Both the position numbers and the translations under genes were made by a program. Shown here in pieces: positions 8,006 to 17,570 of a DNA stretch of 47,592 nucleotides. The notes under the pieces were generated by a model that was given only the letters and a program-made list of their open reading frames with translations, searched no databases and was not told where the DNA came from. The stretch spans positions 29,897 to 77,488 of the forward strand of contig CAYFRA010000001.1 in assembly GCA_964345395.1 (NCBI GenBank), read 5' to 3'. The DNA is from an uncultured Paludibacter sp. GTDB taxonomy: Bacteria; Bacteroidota; Bacteroidia; Bacteroidales; Paludibacteraceae. Each line of letters begins with the position of its first letter. Position 1 is the first letter of the stretch.

Positions 8006-9046
8006 TTAAACGACTTCGACTAACACATCTTTCTTACGGGTTGTATAACCTATTGATTTGAGGTATAAACCATTTTTTCGTGCTATTTCTTCAAATTGAT
8101 CACAATAATCTTTATCAACCACTACTAATAAACCACCACTTGTTTGAGGGTCAGCCAAAATTTCTTTCTGCCTTTGCGTGATTACACCAATCTTGTGTCC
8201 ATAACTTGCCCAATTACGATTTGTACCACCAGGAATACATTTGTTATCTAAATAGTCGTTTAGGCTTGGAATTACTGGAACTTTATCGAACTCTATATTT
8301 GCAGATATTTGGCTGGCTTCACAAATTTCACACAAATGCCCTAAAAGTCCAAAACCTGTTACATCTGTCATTGACTTTACAAAATCTAATTTTCCAAACA
8401 CCTCCCCTACTTGGTTGAGCGTTGTCATACTATTTAAAATAATCTTTGCATCCTCTGCTTTTAACAAACCATTTTTTTGAGCGGTTGATAGAGCTCCTAC
8501 ACCGAGAGCTTTTGTCAGGTATAGTTTGCAATCAGGTGTAGCTTGGCTATTTTCTTTCATCTTATCTATATCTACAAGTCCACTTACTGCTAAGCCAAAA
8601 ATGGGTTCAACTGTGTCAATACTATGCCCTCCAGCGATAGAAATTCCTGCTTCACTGCAAATCTGACGAGCTCCCTCAATCACTTGCTGTGCAACTTCTG
8701 GTGCTAATTTATCAATAGGCCAGCCTAAAATTGCTATTGATAAAATAGGTTTCCCACCCATTGCATATACATCACTAATTGCATTTGCTGCGGCTATCCG
8801 ACCAAAGTCGAAAGGATCATCTACAATTGGCATAAAGAAATCGGTGGTTGATATTAGAGCTGTTCCATTTCCCAAATCATAGACAGCGGCATCATCCTTG
8901 CACTCATTCCCAACCAAAAGCTTTGCATCTTTATTGAGGGTAATACTTCCTTTTAATATGGTATCGAGAATGGCGGGGCTAATTTTACATCCACACCCTG
9001 CACCATGAGAATATTGGGTTAATCTTATGTTTTGTTTATTCATCAT
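8006..9046 (-). CDS. selD: Selenide, water dikinase (selenophosphate synthetase), Cys-type
   Basis: N-terminal SHGAGCGCKISP motif (Cys, with no in-frame TGA) and AIR-synthase-like fold motifs. Its start overlaps the selU stop by 11 nt. Confidence 0.9.
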   Translation of the reverse strand: MMNKQNIRLTQYSHGAGCGCKISPAILDTILKGSITLNKDAKLLVGNECKDDAAVYDLGNGTALISTTDFFMPIVDDPFDFGRIAAANAISDVYAMGGKPILSIAILGWPIDKLAPEVAQQVIEGARQICSEAGISIAGGHSIDTVEPIFGLAVSGLVDIDKMKENSQATPDCKLYLTKALGVGALSTAQKNGLLKAEDAKIILNSMTTLNQVGEVFGKLDFVKSMTDVTGFGLLGHLCEICEASQISANIEFDKVPVIPSLNDYLDNKCIPGGTNRNWASYGHKIGVITQRQKEILADPQTSGGLLVVVDKDYCDQFEEIARKNGLYLKSIGYTTRKKDVLVEVV

Positions 9047-10073
9047 TAGGGTTGTTATTTATAAAATTCAAGATTTCATCTGCGCACTGTGCCGCATTCT
9101 GATAGTCAACATGAATAGAGATAATCTGACCTACATTTCGTCTATTCATTCCTGAATGATAAGCTTTGTCATAATAATTGAGGACTAAATCAATAAATTG
9201 AGACATATTATCTTTCTGAATAGCTTTTACAGCCATTTTAGTTTGCTCTGGCCCCAAGCGTTTGCTAATCCTTTCTGTTGCTTCAATCAAAAAATCTTTA
9301 TCTAACACACAGTATTCTTCAACTAAAAAAGAAATTCGCTGTTCTTTGTTTATATCTAAGTTTATCAATAGATTTTGTCGAATCAAATCATAAATATGTG
9401 AAGGTACAACCCTTTTGCCTATGGTTCTGCTTTCATCTTCAAACCAAACTCGCTGCTTGGGTTTAATTTTATAAAGTTCGTCTGCCAATAAGTTTTCGAA
9501 ATGCTCTTGTGAGGGCTGTTTCAATTTATTCATAGATCCATATGAGGAGCCAAGATGTTGAGCAAGGTTTTCCAAATCTATAATCTGTTCACCTCTCTTT
9601 GCAAACTCATATAAAACTTCGGTTTTGTGAGAACCTGTCATTCCACCTAATACTATGACTGGATAATCTTTTTCAAATTGCATTAAAACCCAATTTCGAT
9701 AAGCTTTGTAGCCGCCAACTAACTTAACCACATCGAAGCCATATAGATCTAAAATCCAAGCCATTGTATCGCTACGCATACCTCCTCGCCAGCAATAAAC
9801 AGCCACTTTTTTGTTAGGAGCAAATTGCAAAGCTTGCTCAATAAATCCACGCCATTTTATAGCAGTTAAATCAAAACCTAATAATATAGCCTCTTCCCGA
9901 CCCTTTTGTTTATATGTGGTTCCTACCTTTGCACGATCTTCATTGTTCAAAAGCGCAAGATTAAAAGATTGAGGGATGTGTGCTTTTTCGTATTCAGCAG
10001 GAGTTCGTGTATCTAAGATAACATAGTTATCTTTGGTATCTATAAATTCGTCAATGTTTATCTTTTTTATCAC
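9036..10073 (-). CDS. selU: tRNA 2-selenouridine synthase
   Basis: N-terminal rhodanese domain with CWRGGMRS active-site loop, and a P-loop-like GGMTGSHKT. Length is 345 aa. The start codon is GTG (plus-strand cac at 10071-10073). Confidence 0.85.
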   Translation of the reverse strand: MIKKINIDEFIDTKDNYVILDTRTPAEYEKAHIPQSFNLALLNNEDRAKVGTTYKQKGREEAILLGFDLTAIKWRGFIEQALQFAPNKKVAVYCWRGGMRSDTMAWILDLYGFDVVKLVGGYKAYRNWVLMQFEKDYPVIVLGGMTGSHKTEVLYEFAKRGEQIIDLENLAQHLGSSYGSMNKLKQPSQEHFENLLADELYKIKPKQRVWFEDESRTIGKRVVPSHIYDLIRQNLLINLDINKEQRISFLVEEYCVLDKDFLIEATERISKRLGPEQTKMAVKAIQKDNMSQFIDLVLNYYDKAYHSGMNRRNVGQIISIHVDYQNAAQCADEILNFINNNPNDE

Positions 10074-10107
10074 AGTAGTTGAATCTTTACATACGTAAAT
10101 AAGATTG

Positions 10108-10115
10108 CAAATTTA
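10108..10115 (-). promoter_or_regulatory. Bacteroidota-type -7 box (TAAATTTG on minus strand)
   Basis: Plus-strand CAAATTTA lies 35 bp upstream of the selU start. Confidence 0.45.
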
Positions 10116-10163
10116 GAAAAAAATGATGATAGATACAGATAAACTTACCAAATAATTTGTTAT

Positions 10164-10394
10164 TTATTTCTTATGCTTTTCTACATACACTTCTATTTTT
10201 TCGGTTAAGTTTCTAATCCAAGTTTTCGTCTTATCTATCTGAGGTTCAAGATCCTCTATTGTATCTTTTAATTTGTTTGTTGCTAGCTCTCCTATCTCTA
10301 TTGATTTTTCGCGAAGATTGGCTATATGCATCTCTAAATCATCTAATATTGAGTCTAAGTTTTCTTTAAAATCTTTGTTGTTTTTTGAAGCCAT
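10164..10394 (-). CDS. Small all-helical (coiled-coil) protein, function unknown
   Basis: 76-aa ORF with an ATG start, highly charged with a heptad-like pattern. It sits 23 bp downstream of dprA on the same strand. Confidence 0.45.
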   Translation of the reverse strand: MASKNNKDFKENLDSILDDLEMHIANLREKSIEIGELATNKLKDTIEDLEPQIDKTKTWIRNLTEKIEVYVEKHKK

Positions 10395-10417
10395 AATAAT
10401 GCCGGTTTATTGTTTGT

Positions 10418-11533
10418 TTATTTTACTATCCTATATTTACCGCCGGGTAGGCATTTTATCACTCCTTTGAATTCCATTTCTAACAACTGAGATGATAATT
10501 TACTAAATGGAAGTTTAAGTTGGACTGCAATTTCATTAACATTTACTCCATCAGGAAATTGCCTAATCATGCCAAAAATGAGTTGCTCATTTTCATTCAA
10601 TTCTGTAAAAAGATTGGTTTGTATCTCCTTATCATTACGTTTAGAAACCTCCCAGTTCATTAGATTTACTATATCTTTAGCTGACTCTATAAGAGCCGCT
10701 TTATTTGATTTTATAAGTAAATTGCAACCAGCCGACCACTCATCATATACTCCTCCCGGAACTGCAAAGACATCTCTGTTGTAGTCGTTTGCCAGGTTGG
10801 CCGTAATCAAAGCACCACCTTTTTTTGCCGACTCAACCACCACTAAGGCATCACACATACCAGCTATAATTCTATTACGTTGTACAAAATTTTGTTTATC
10901 TGGTTTAGTTCCGCTCATAAACTCGGTGATAAGAGCACCTTCTGACAACATTTTCACTGCCGTAGAACGATGCAAAGCGGGGTAGATCCGATCTAAACCG
11001 TGCCCCAACACACCAATTGTAGGAATATTGTGATCGACTGCGGTTTTGTGAGCACAAATATCGATCCCATAAGCTAATCCGCTGACAACAATCAAATTGG
11101 ATATTTTGCTATTCAAATCAACGATAAGTTGCTTGCAAATTTCTCTCCCTTTTTCAGTAGCGTTGCGTGTGCCAACAATAGATACAAAGCGTCCATTGTT
11201 GAGTTCGATGTCCCCTTTTTGATAGATCACGATAGGAGAATCATCACACTCTTTCAGTCGATATGGATAGGCTTTATCGGTATAAAAAATGGCTTTAATT
11301 TTATTTTTTTGAATAAATTCAATCTCTCTTTCTGCTCTATCAAGAACATTTTGTGTATATATTTCGTTGGAGATGACCTTACCAATTCCCGGTATTTTCT
11401 CAAGATTAGATCTTTTTTCTTTAAATACAGCCTCTACGCTTCCAAGATAGGCAATTAGATTTTTAGCCAAACTGGGACCTACCCCTTTTATCAGATTTAT
11501 GCCGATTTGATATTTTAATAATTCGTTGCTCAT
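10418..11533 (-). CDS. dprA: DNA-processing protein DprA (Smf)
   Basis: N-terminal helix-hairpin-helix GVGPSLAKNL...IPGIGKV, a Rossmann-like core (VSGLAYGIDICAHK, VVVESAKKGGALITA) and a C-terminal winged-helix part. The track start 11548 is TTG; ATG at 11533 gives MSNELLKYQ. Confidence 0.9.
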   Translation of the reverse strand: MSNELLKYQIGINLIKGVGPSLAKNLIAYLGSVEAVFKEKRSNLEKIPGIGKVISNEIYTQNVLDRAEREIEFIQKNKIKAIFYTDKAYPYRLKECDDSPIVIYQKGDIELNNGRFVSIVGTRNATEKGREICKQLIVDLNSKISNLIVVSGLAYGIDICAHKTAVDHNIPTIGVLGHGLDRIYPALHRSTAVKMLSEGALITEFMSGTKPDKQNFVQRNRIIAGMCDALVVVESAKKGGALITANLANDYNRDVFAVPGGVYDEWSAGCNLLIKSNKAALIESAKDIVNLMNWEVSKRNDKEIQTNLFTELNENEQLIFGMIRQFPDGVNVNEIAVQLKLPFSKLSSQLLEMEFKGVIKCLPGGKYRIVK

Positions 11534-11544
11534 CGCCAATAATT

Positions 11545-11925
11545 TCAATCTTTATTAAAAATATACCTACCTATCATCCCCCCAGAAACAAGCCCAACCA
11601 TATCAGCCACCCAGTCTAACAATTCAGCACTGCGTGGTTTGAAAAACAGTTCTTGAATAATTTCTATGGCACCTCCATACAGAATTAAAATAGCGAAAAG
11701 TGTGAAAATCAGATTGGGATATTTGATCCTTAACAACTGATCTTTTGAATAATTAAAATAAGCAACAAAACCCAATAGTAGATATATTAAAATATGAGCA
11801 AACTTATCGCTACTCTGAAATTTTGCTATTTTTGGAACTGCATTAAAATGAGCTGTAGATAAAATAAATATCACAATTGCTAAAAAAATTGTCGGCCAAT
11901 AATATCGTACAAACTGTTTGATCAT
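11545..11925 (-). CDS. VanZ-family membrane protein
   Basis: 126 aa with four hydrophobic helices and an SDKFAHILIYLLLGF motif typical of VanZ-like proteins. Confidence 0.6.
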   Translation of the reverse strand: MIKQFVRYYWPTIFLAIVIFILSTAHFNAVPKIAKFQSSDKFAHILIYLLLGFVAYFNYSKDQLLRIKYPNLIFTLFAILILYGGAIEIIQELFFKPRSAELLDWVADMVGLVSGGMIGRYIFNKD

Positions 11926-11932
11926 AAAATCA

Positions 11933-11963
11933 TTTGACTGTTAAAGAATAAAATATATCTTTG
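11933..11963 (+). promoter_or_regulatory. Complete Bacteroidota-type promoter (-33 TTTG, 19-nt spacer, -7 TATCTTTG)
   Basis: TTTG at 11933-11936 and TATCTTTG at 11956-11963. The box is 49 bp upstream of the ATG at 12012. Confidence 0.6.
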
Positions 11964-12011
11964 CAAAGATAAACTATTTGTTTGACCTAATTATAATAAG
12001 AACAAAACATT

Positions 12012-12830
12012 ATGAATAAGCTTGTAAAACTAACTACCATCTTACTGATGGCAACACTGCTTGCCTCTTGTTCCACCGTTATGCTTACCGGACGCAGACA
12101 ATTCAATATTGTATCTGATGCTGAATTGAACGAGATGAGCTTCGTGTCCTACAAACAATTAAAAGACTCGTTGCCACGATCAAAAGATGCTGTCAACACG
12201 GCTATGGTTAAACGTGTGGGGATGAACATTGCTAATGCAGTTGAAAAATTTATGAAAGAGAACGGATTTTCTCAAGATTTAGCGGGTTTTGATTGGGAAT
12301 ATAATCTATTTGATGTTGACCAAGCCAATGCTTTTGCTATGCCTGGTGGGAAGATTGCTGTTTTTACGGGTATTTTACCAATAACACAAAGCGAAACTGG
12401 ACTCGCTGTAGTAATGGGGCATGAGGTGGCACACGTGATAGCAAAACACAGTGCAGAACGTCTTAGCCAGCAAGTTGCCTCTCAGTATGGAGGCGCTATT
12501 TTGGGGGCTGTAGCAGGTGCAAAATCGGAAGCTTTACAACAAACAGTTGGTATGCTATATGGGATAGGTATTCAGGCAGGTGTATTGCTACCATTCTCAA
12601 GAAAACAGGAACTTGAAGCAGACGAATTGGGGTTATATTTTATGGCTATGGCCGGCTATGATCCAAGAGAAGCAGTTAGTTTTTGGAAACGAATGAGCCA
12701 AGGTAGCGGTGCATCCGTACCAGAGTTTATGAGCACTCACCCATCAGACGATAAACGCATCAAACAGCTTGAAGCGGTAATCCCAACAGCATTACAGTAT
12801 TACAAAACAAATGTAGTTCCAAAATTATAG
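12012..12830 (+). CDS. M48-family zinc metallopeptidase, lipoprotein
   Basis: Lipobox LLASCST, HEXXH as GHEVAHVIAKH, and a downstream E (ELEADELG). Confidence 0.85.
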   Translation: MNKLVKLTTILLMATLLASCSTVMLTGRRQFNIVSDAELNEMSFVSYKQLKDSLPRSKDAVNTAMVKRVGMNIANAVEKFMKENGFSQDLAGFDWEYNLFDVDQANAFAMPGGKIAVFTGILPITQSETGLAVVMGHEVAHVIAKHSAERLSQQVASQYGGAILGAVAGAKSEALQQTVGMLYGIGIQAGVLLPFSRKQELEADELGLYFMAMAGYDPREAVSFWKRMSQGSGASVPEFMSTHPSDDKRIKQLEAVIPTALQYYKTNVVPKL

Positions 12831-12880
12831 AAAATATTTTTGAATTGATTTAGAATCGAACGCAAGAAATCAATGATAAT

Positions 12881-12919
12881 AAAAAAAGCAGTTGAGAATT
12901 TATTACAACTGCTTTTTTT
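12881..12919. terminator. Bidirectional terminator hairpin between convergent M48 peptidase and upp genes
   Basis: AAAAAAAGCAGTTG-agaatttatta-CAACTGCTTTTTTT. A/T runs on both sides allow termination in either direction. Confidence 0.8.
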
Positions 12920-12926
12920 ATTGTTC

Positions 12927-13577
12927 TTAAAGTTTTTCGCCATAAGCCAAATCACCTGCATCACCTAAGCCAGGTACGATGTAGGAGTGTTCATCCAACT
13001 CCTCGTCTATTGTACCAACCCAAAGTGTAACATTGTCATCAAAGTGCTGGCTAAGCATATCTACAGCTTGACGACTTGCGATGATGGTTGAAATAATTAC
13101 TTTTTTAGGTTTCCCTTTTGTCAGTAATGCACCATGTGCTAACTCCATAGAGCTTCCTGTTGCCAACATAGGATCTATAAGTATCAGCGTTTTACCATCA
13201 AGTTTAGGGGCCGCAATGTATTCAATATGGATATCAAATTTGAGTGCATCTTTATATTTTCTATAAGCCGAAACAAATGCACTTTCTGCCTTATCAAAAT
13301 AGTTGAGAAAACCTTGATGAAAAGGGATACCCGCTCTCATAATAGTAGCTAAAATTACTTTTTCATCTAATTTAAAAGTTTCAGCTACCCCTAATGGTGT
13401 TTTGGTTTTTTCTGCTTTATATTTTAGTGTTTTACTAATTTCATAAGCTGATATTTCACCAATTCGTTCCATGTTTTTACGAAAACGCATAGCGTCTTTT
13501 TGAACATCAACCGCCCGCATCTCTTTGAGATAATGGTGCAAAATGGAGTACTGTTCTGATAAGTTTACAATTTTCAT
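12927..13577 (-). CDS. upp: Uracil phosphoribosyltransferase
   Basis: PRPP-binding loop LILIDPMLATGSS, C-terminal YIVPGLGDAGD, length 216 aa. Confidence 0.9.
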   Translation of the reverse strand: MKIVNLSEQYSILHHYLKEMRAVDVQKDAMRFRKNMERIGEISAYEISKTLKYKAEKTKTPLGVAETFKLDEKVILATIMRAGIPFHQGFLNYFDKAESAFVSAYRKYKDALKFDIHIEYIAAPKLDGKTLILIDPMLATGSSMELAHGALLTKGKPKKVIISTIIASRQAVDMLSQHFDDNVTLWVGTIDEELDEHSYIVPGLGDAGDLAYGEKL

Positions 13578-13616
13578 CTCTATATTGAATTTAAAATCAC
13601 TATTTATTAAAGAAGA

Positions 13617-15032
13617 TTATTTTGGAAATTTTCTTGGAGCAATCATATTGATGGGTTTCAACACATCATCCAATTGCTCTTTATCCATCAAACCTCTCTC
13701 CAATACCAAATCATAAACCCCTTTACCCGTTGTCAATGCTTCGGCTGCCAATAGTGTTGAAGCCTCATAACCGATATGCGGATTGAGGGCTGTTACCAAC
13801 CCAATGCTGTTGAAAACCATATTTTGCATATGTTGTTCATTAGCAGTAATACCATCAACACAACGAAGACGTAAAGTGTCCATTCCTTCTTTTAGAATTT
13901 CAATATTTTCTAAAATAGATAAAGCTATCACTGGCTCCATAACGTTCAGCTGAAGTTGACCAGCTTCAGAAGCCATTGTGATGGTGTGATCGTTGCCTAT
14001 TACCTTGAAAGCAATCTGATTGACAACTTCTGGTATCACAGGGTTTACTTTGCCTGGCATAATGGATGAACCTGGTTGCATAGGTGGAAGATTGATTTCA
14101 CCAATACCTGTACGAGGGCCAGAAGAGAGCAAACGAAGGTCATTACTGATTTTTGATAGCTTGATAGCCAAAGCTTTGATTACTGATGAATTATTGACGA
14201 ACACACCCGTATCATTGGTAGCTTGTACCAAGTTTGGGGCTAAAACCACAGGAACACCAGAATATTTAGCTAAATGATCGGTACACAAAGGAGCATAATC
14301 AGGATCAGAGTTGATACCTGTTCCAATTGCTGTAGCACCCATGTTGGTAATCAAAAATTGATTACGAGTTGAATCCATTCTTTCAATCTCATCTTCAAGC
14401 GTTGCCGCAAATGCTTCAAATTCTTGACCGAGAGTCATTGGTACCGCATCTTGTAATTGGGTGCGTCCCATTTTCAAAACATCTTTGAACTCTACACTTT
14501 TAGCTCTGAATGATTGAACAAGATCTTTTAAAGATTCAATCAAAGCATCAAAACTACGATAAACAGCTATATGAAGTGCCGTTGGGTATGCGTCATTGGT
14601 TGATTGGGATAAGTTTACGTGGTTGTTGGGATGGCAGTGCTTATAATCTCCTTTTTCATATCCCATAATCTCTAAAGCTCTGTTGGCTATTACTTCATTG
14701 GCGTTCATATTGGTAGATGTGCCCGCACCACCTTGTATCATATCTACAACAAAATATTCGTGCAAACTGCCTGCTTTAATTTCATCACAAGCTTGAACGA
14801 TTGCATCTTTCAACTTTTCATCCAACATGCCCAACTGATGATTAGCCAAAGCTGCTGCGGCTTTCACATCTGCTAAACCATTGACAAATTCGGGATAATG
14901 ATAAATTCTTGAACGACTGATGCTGAAGTTTTCAACTGCTCTTACAGTTTGAATTCCATGGTAATACTCAACCGGTATTTGCATTTCACCCAATAAATCG
15001 TGCTCTAAACGAGTCTTTCCACTAAGTTCCAT
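13617..15032 (-). CDS. aspA: Aspartate ammonia-lyase
   Basis: Signature GSSIMPGKVNPVIPEVVNQ; the PVIPEVV continuation favours aspartase over fumarase. N-terminus RLEHDLLGEMQIPVEYYHGIQTVRAVENF. Confidence 0.85.
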   Translation of the reverse strand: MELSGKTRLEHDLLGEMQIPVEYYHGIQTVRAVENFSISRSRIYHYPEFVNGLADVKAAAALANHQLGMLDEKLKDAIVQACDEIKAGSLHEYFVVDMIQGGAGTSTNMNANEVIANRALEIMGYEKGDYKHCHPNNHVNLSQSTNDAYPTALHIAVYRSFDALIESLKDLVQSFRAKSVEFKDVLKMGRTQLQDAVPMTLGQEFEAFAATLEDEIERMDSTRNQFLITNMGATAIGTGINSDPDYAPLCTDHLAKYSGVPVVLAPNLVQATNDTGVFVNNSSVIKALAIKLSKISNDLRLLSSGPRTGIGEINLPPMQPGSSIMPGKVNPVIPEVVNQIAFKVIGNDHTITMASEAGQLQLNVMEPVIALSILENIEILKEGMDTLRLRCVDGITANEQHMQNMVFNSIGLVTALNPHIGYEASTLLAAEALTTGKGVYDLVLERGLMDKEQLDDVLKPINMIAPRKFPK

Positions 15033-15120
15033 TTGATTTAAGTTTTTAATTAATTTGTAATTATAAGATTAATTTTTTATGATATTAAATATTCTATATG
15101 ATAAAACGAACGGGAACAGA

Positions 15121-15747
15121 TTAAATTATCTTTCCTAAAACATCGTAGATATAAGCTGATCCAAAAACGCCTACAAAGCCTAAACAAAATCCTGCTATAA
15201 TTTGTCCTAAGGTGTGTGCCTTTAAATAAAGACGCGAAATAGCTACCAAGCCTGACAACAACAACGACACAGTAATCAATGGAAGCGGAAATATATGAAC
15301 TGACCAAGATAGGCCAAAGATACTGCCTACAAAACCACCCATACCTGCAGCATGTGCACTTATTTTCCATTTGAAATTAATAAATACGATAATTAATAGT
15401 GAAAATAGAGTGCCAATAGCCAAAATAACAATAGAAAAATCTAAGTTCAGAACACGCATCAAGAACACAATCCAAAAAACATAGGAGAGTAGCGAAAAGA
15501 GATAAGGCATCGTTCTTTCTTCTCTTTTTGATATAAACAGGTCCTTAATTTGACCACGTTTTAACATCATTAAAATAGGAATTGCTGGCAATAGACCGGT
15601 GAAAAGGAAAGTACCTAAAATAGCGATTGATTGATATGTATGCCCTAAATATTTAAAATACTGCATTTGCATTAGCAGTATCATCCCATAAACGGGCATC
15701 AGTAGTGGTTGAAAGATATAAGAAACGCTTTTTAAAAATCTTTTCAT
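15121..15747 (-). CDS. PAP2-like integral membrane protein (putative lipid phosphatase, degenerate motifs)
   Basis: Six hydrophobic helices. ISAHAAG (SxH) and SRLYLKAHTLGQ (SR-x5-H-x3-Q) resemble PAP2 motifs 2 and 3, but the final Asp is Gln and motif 1 is unclear. Confidence 0.5.
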   Translation of the reverse strand: MKRFLKSVSYIFQPLLMPVYGMILLMQMQYFKYLGHTYQSIAILGTFLFTGLLPAIPILMMLKRGQIKDLFISKREERTMPYLFSLLSYVFWIVFLMRVLNLDFSIVILAIGTLFSLLIIVFINFKWKISAHAAGMGGFVGSIFGLSWSVHIFPLPLITVSLLLSGLVAISRLYLKAHTLGQIIAGFCLGFVGVFGSAYIYDVLGKII

Positions 15748-15838
15748 TTGTTTATTATTAATGACTCTACAGGTGAAATAAATAACACCAAAAGTCGAGT
15801 GAAAGAGAATATATTATTACATCCTCTCTAAGTTTTGG

Positions 15839-17299
15839 TTACATTTCAATTCTTAATCGTGCCACAGGAATATTGAGTTGTTCTCGATATTTAGCAGCTG
15901 TACGACGCGCAATTACGTAACCTTTTTTTTTCAATTCTTCTACAAGAACATCATCATTAATTGGGTTGCTTTTATCTTCATTAGCAATAATATCCATAAG
16001 TACACTTTTAATTTCGCGAGTTGAAACTACTTCTCCATCTTCAGTTATCATTTTTTCTGAGAAAAAGTATTTTACCGGAAAAACTCCATACTCTGTTTGC
16101 ACATATTTACTATTGCTTACCCGTGAAATTGTAGATACATCCAAACCAGTGATATCTGCAACGTCTTTCAGAACCATAGGTTTCAGAAACATCTCATCTC
16201 CTTCAATAAAAAACTCCTTTTGCACATCTACAATGGCAATCATTGTTTTCAACAATGTTTCTTGTCGTTGCTTTATGGCATCTATAAACCATCGTGCCGA
16301 ATCAATTTTTTGTTTGATAAAAAAGAGTGAATTTTTCATTTTGTTAGATTGGTTTTCCTTGTTTTTAGAAAAATCCTCAAACATTTTACTATACTCTTTA
16401 TTGATACGCAATTCAGGAATATTTGAATTATTCAACCTCACGGACAGCAAGCCATTTTCATTATCGACAATAAAATCAGGAATAATCACCGACAAAGCAT
16501 TTTCAATAAAATTATCACCAATTGTTTTACCAGGCTTTGGGTTTAGTTTGGTGATTTCATTGATAACTTCTTTTAAAGTCTCTTCGTCAATATTCATTGA
16601 ACGCAAGATTTTTTGGTAATGTTTTTTTGAAAATTCCTGAAAATATTTTTCAATAATGACAATCGAAGTATTTATAATTTCACTTTGAGGTTTTCTATTT
16701 AACTGCAATAAAAGACATTCTTTCAAATCCTGTGCAGCTATCCCGGCAGGTTCAAATTGTTGCACTTTGGTTATCAGCTCCTTGACATCATCATCCCCCA
16801 CTTCTATCCCAGCTTGAAAAACCAAATCATCAGCCATCATTTCAGCACTTCGCCTCAAATAGCCTTCATCATCAATATTGCCAATGATATATTCAACAAC
16901 TTTGAGTTGTTTTTCATCCAATTTGAGCAAACCAGCTTGTTCGAGAAGATATTCGTGAAAACTTACTCCTTCAGAATAAGGAATATCCATATACTTATCG
17001 TCAGGAGATATATTGCTTGTGTGTAGTTTATAATCAGGAATTAGATCATCGTCGTTATCCATATAGTCTTCAAAGTTGAACTCTTCATCCTTATACTCTT
17101 CATCGTTTGACAGACTATCTTGATCCTCTTCTGAGATTGAAGTATCATCACAACCCTCTTCCAATGCAGGATTCTCCTCCAATTCTTGTTGGATACGCTC
17201 CTCCATCTCAAGAGTTGGTATCTCCAACATCTTGATAACCTGTATTTGTGCAGGTGATAGTTTTTGTTGTAATTTTTGTTCTAATCGTTGTTTAAGCAT
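15839..17299 (-). CDS. rpoN: RNA polymerase sigma-54 factor
   Basis: N-terminal Q/L-rich region (LKQRLEQKLQQKLSPAQIQ), an acidic linker, and the C-terminal RpoN box ARRTAAKYREQLNIP. Confidence 0.95.
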   Translation of the reverse strand: MLKQRLEQKLQQKLSPAQIQVIKMLEIPTLEMEERIQQELEENPALEEGCDDTSISEEDQDSLSNDEEYKDEEFNFEDYMDNDDDLIPDYKLHTSNISPDDKYMDIPYSEGVSFHEYLLEQAGLLKLDEKQLKVVEYIIGNIDDEGYLRRSAEMMADDLVFQAGIEVGDDDVKELITKVQQFEPAGIAAQDLKECLLLQLNRKPQSEIINTSIVIIEKYFQEFSKKHYQKILRSMNIDEETLKEVINEITKLNPKPGKTIGDNFIENALSVIIPDFIVDNENGLLSVRLNNSNIPELRINKEYSKMFEDFSKNKENQSNKMKNSLFFIKQKIDSARWFIDAIKQRQETLLKTMIAIVDVQKEFFIEGDEMFLKPMVLKDVADITGLDVSTISRVSNSKYVQTEYGVFPVKYFFSEKMITEDGEVVSTREIKSVLMDIIANEDKSNPINDDVLVEELKKKGYVIARRTAAKYREQLNIPVARLRIEM

Positions 17300-17368
17300 C
17301 TGTAGAAAATATCATTTTAGACATAAAACAAAGATGTGTACCATTTGTTCTACATAATTCTTCATTGA

Positions 17369-17376
17369 CAAAGATA
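17369..17376 (-). promoter_or_regulatory. Bacteroidota-type -7 box (TATCTTTG on minus strand)
   Basis: Plus-strand CAAAGATA lies 70 bp upstream of the rpoN ATG. Confidence 0.4.
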
Positions 17377-17570
17377 CATCTTTTCTGTTAAATCTTACTT
17401 GTATTTTAGTGATTATGCTTAGATATTAAGATTTTAAAAAACTTATTCATACAAATATTTTACAAAATAATGACAATATAGATATTTGCACAAAAAATCA
17501 AGATGATATCCGATATAATCATATTTTTTTGACTAATATTGTATTTAAGAAATAATTTGAAAAAGATATT

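Noticed and set aside
15077-15370. 97-aa minus-strand ORF overlapping the 3' half of the PAP2-like gene in another frame.
   Set aside because: The Cys/Arg-rich translation is typical of an off-frame read. The 208-aa frame gives coherent TM helices.
15966-16619. 217-aa plus-strand ORF antisense to rpoN; also 16757-17026.
   Set aside because: The minus frame encodes a complete sigma-54 with an RpoN box. The antisense translation is S/I/F-rich with no recognisable features.
17300-17570. Short repeats and a partial palindrome (ACAAAGAT x2; AAGATGT...ACATCTT; GATAT-CC-GATAT) in the rpoN/sbcD divergent region.
   Set aside because: The elements are 5-8 bp long, imperfect and sit in very AT-rich DNA. 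They are not distinguishable from chance without comparative data.
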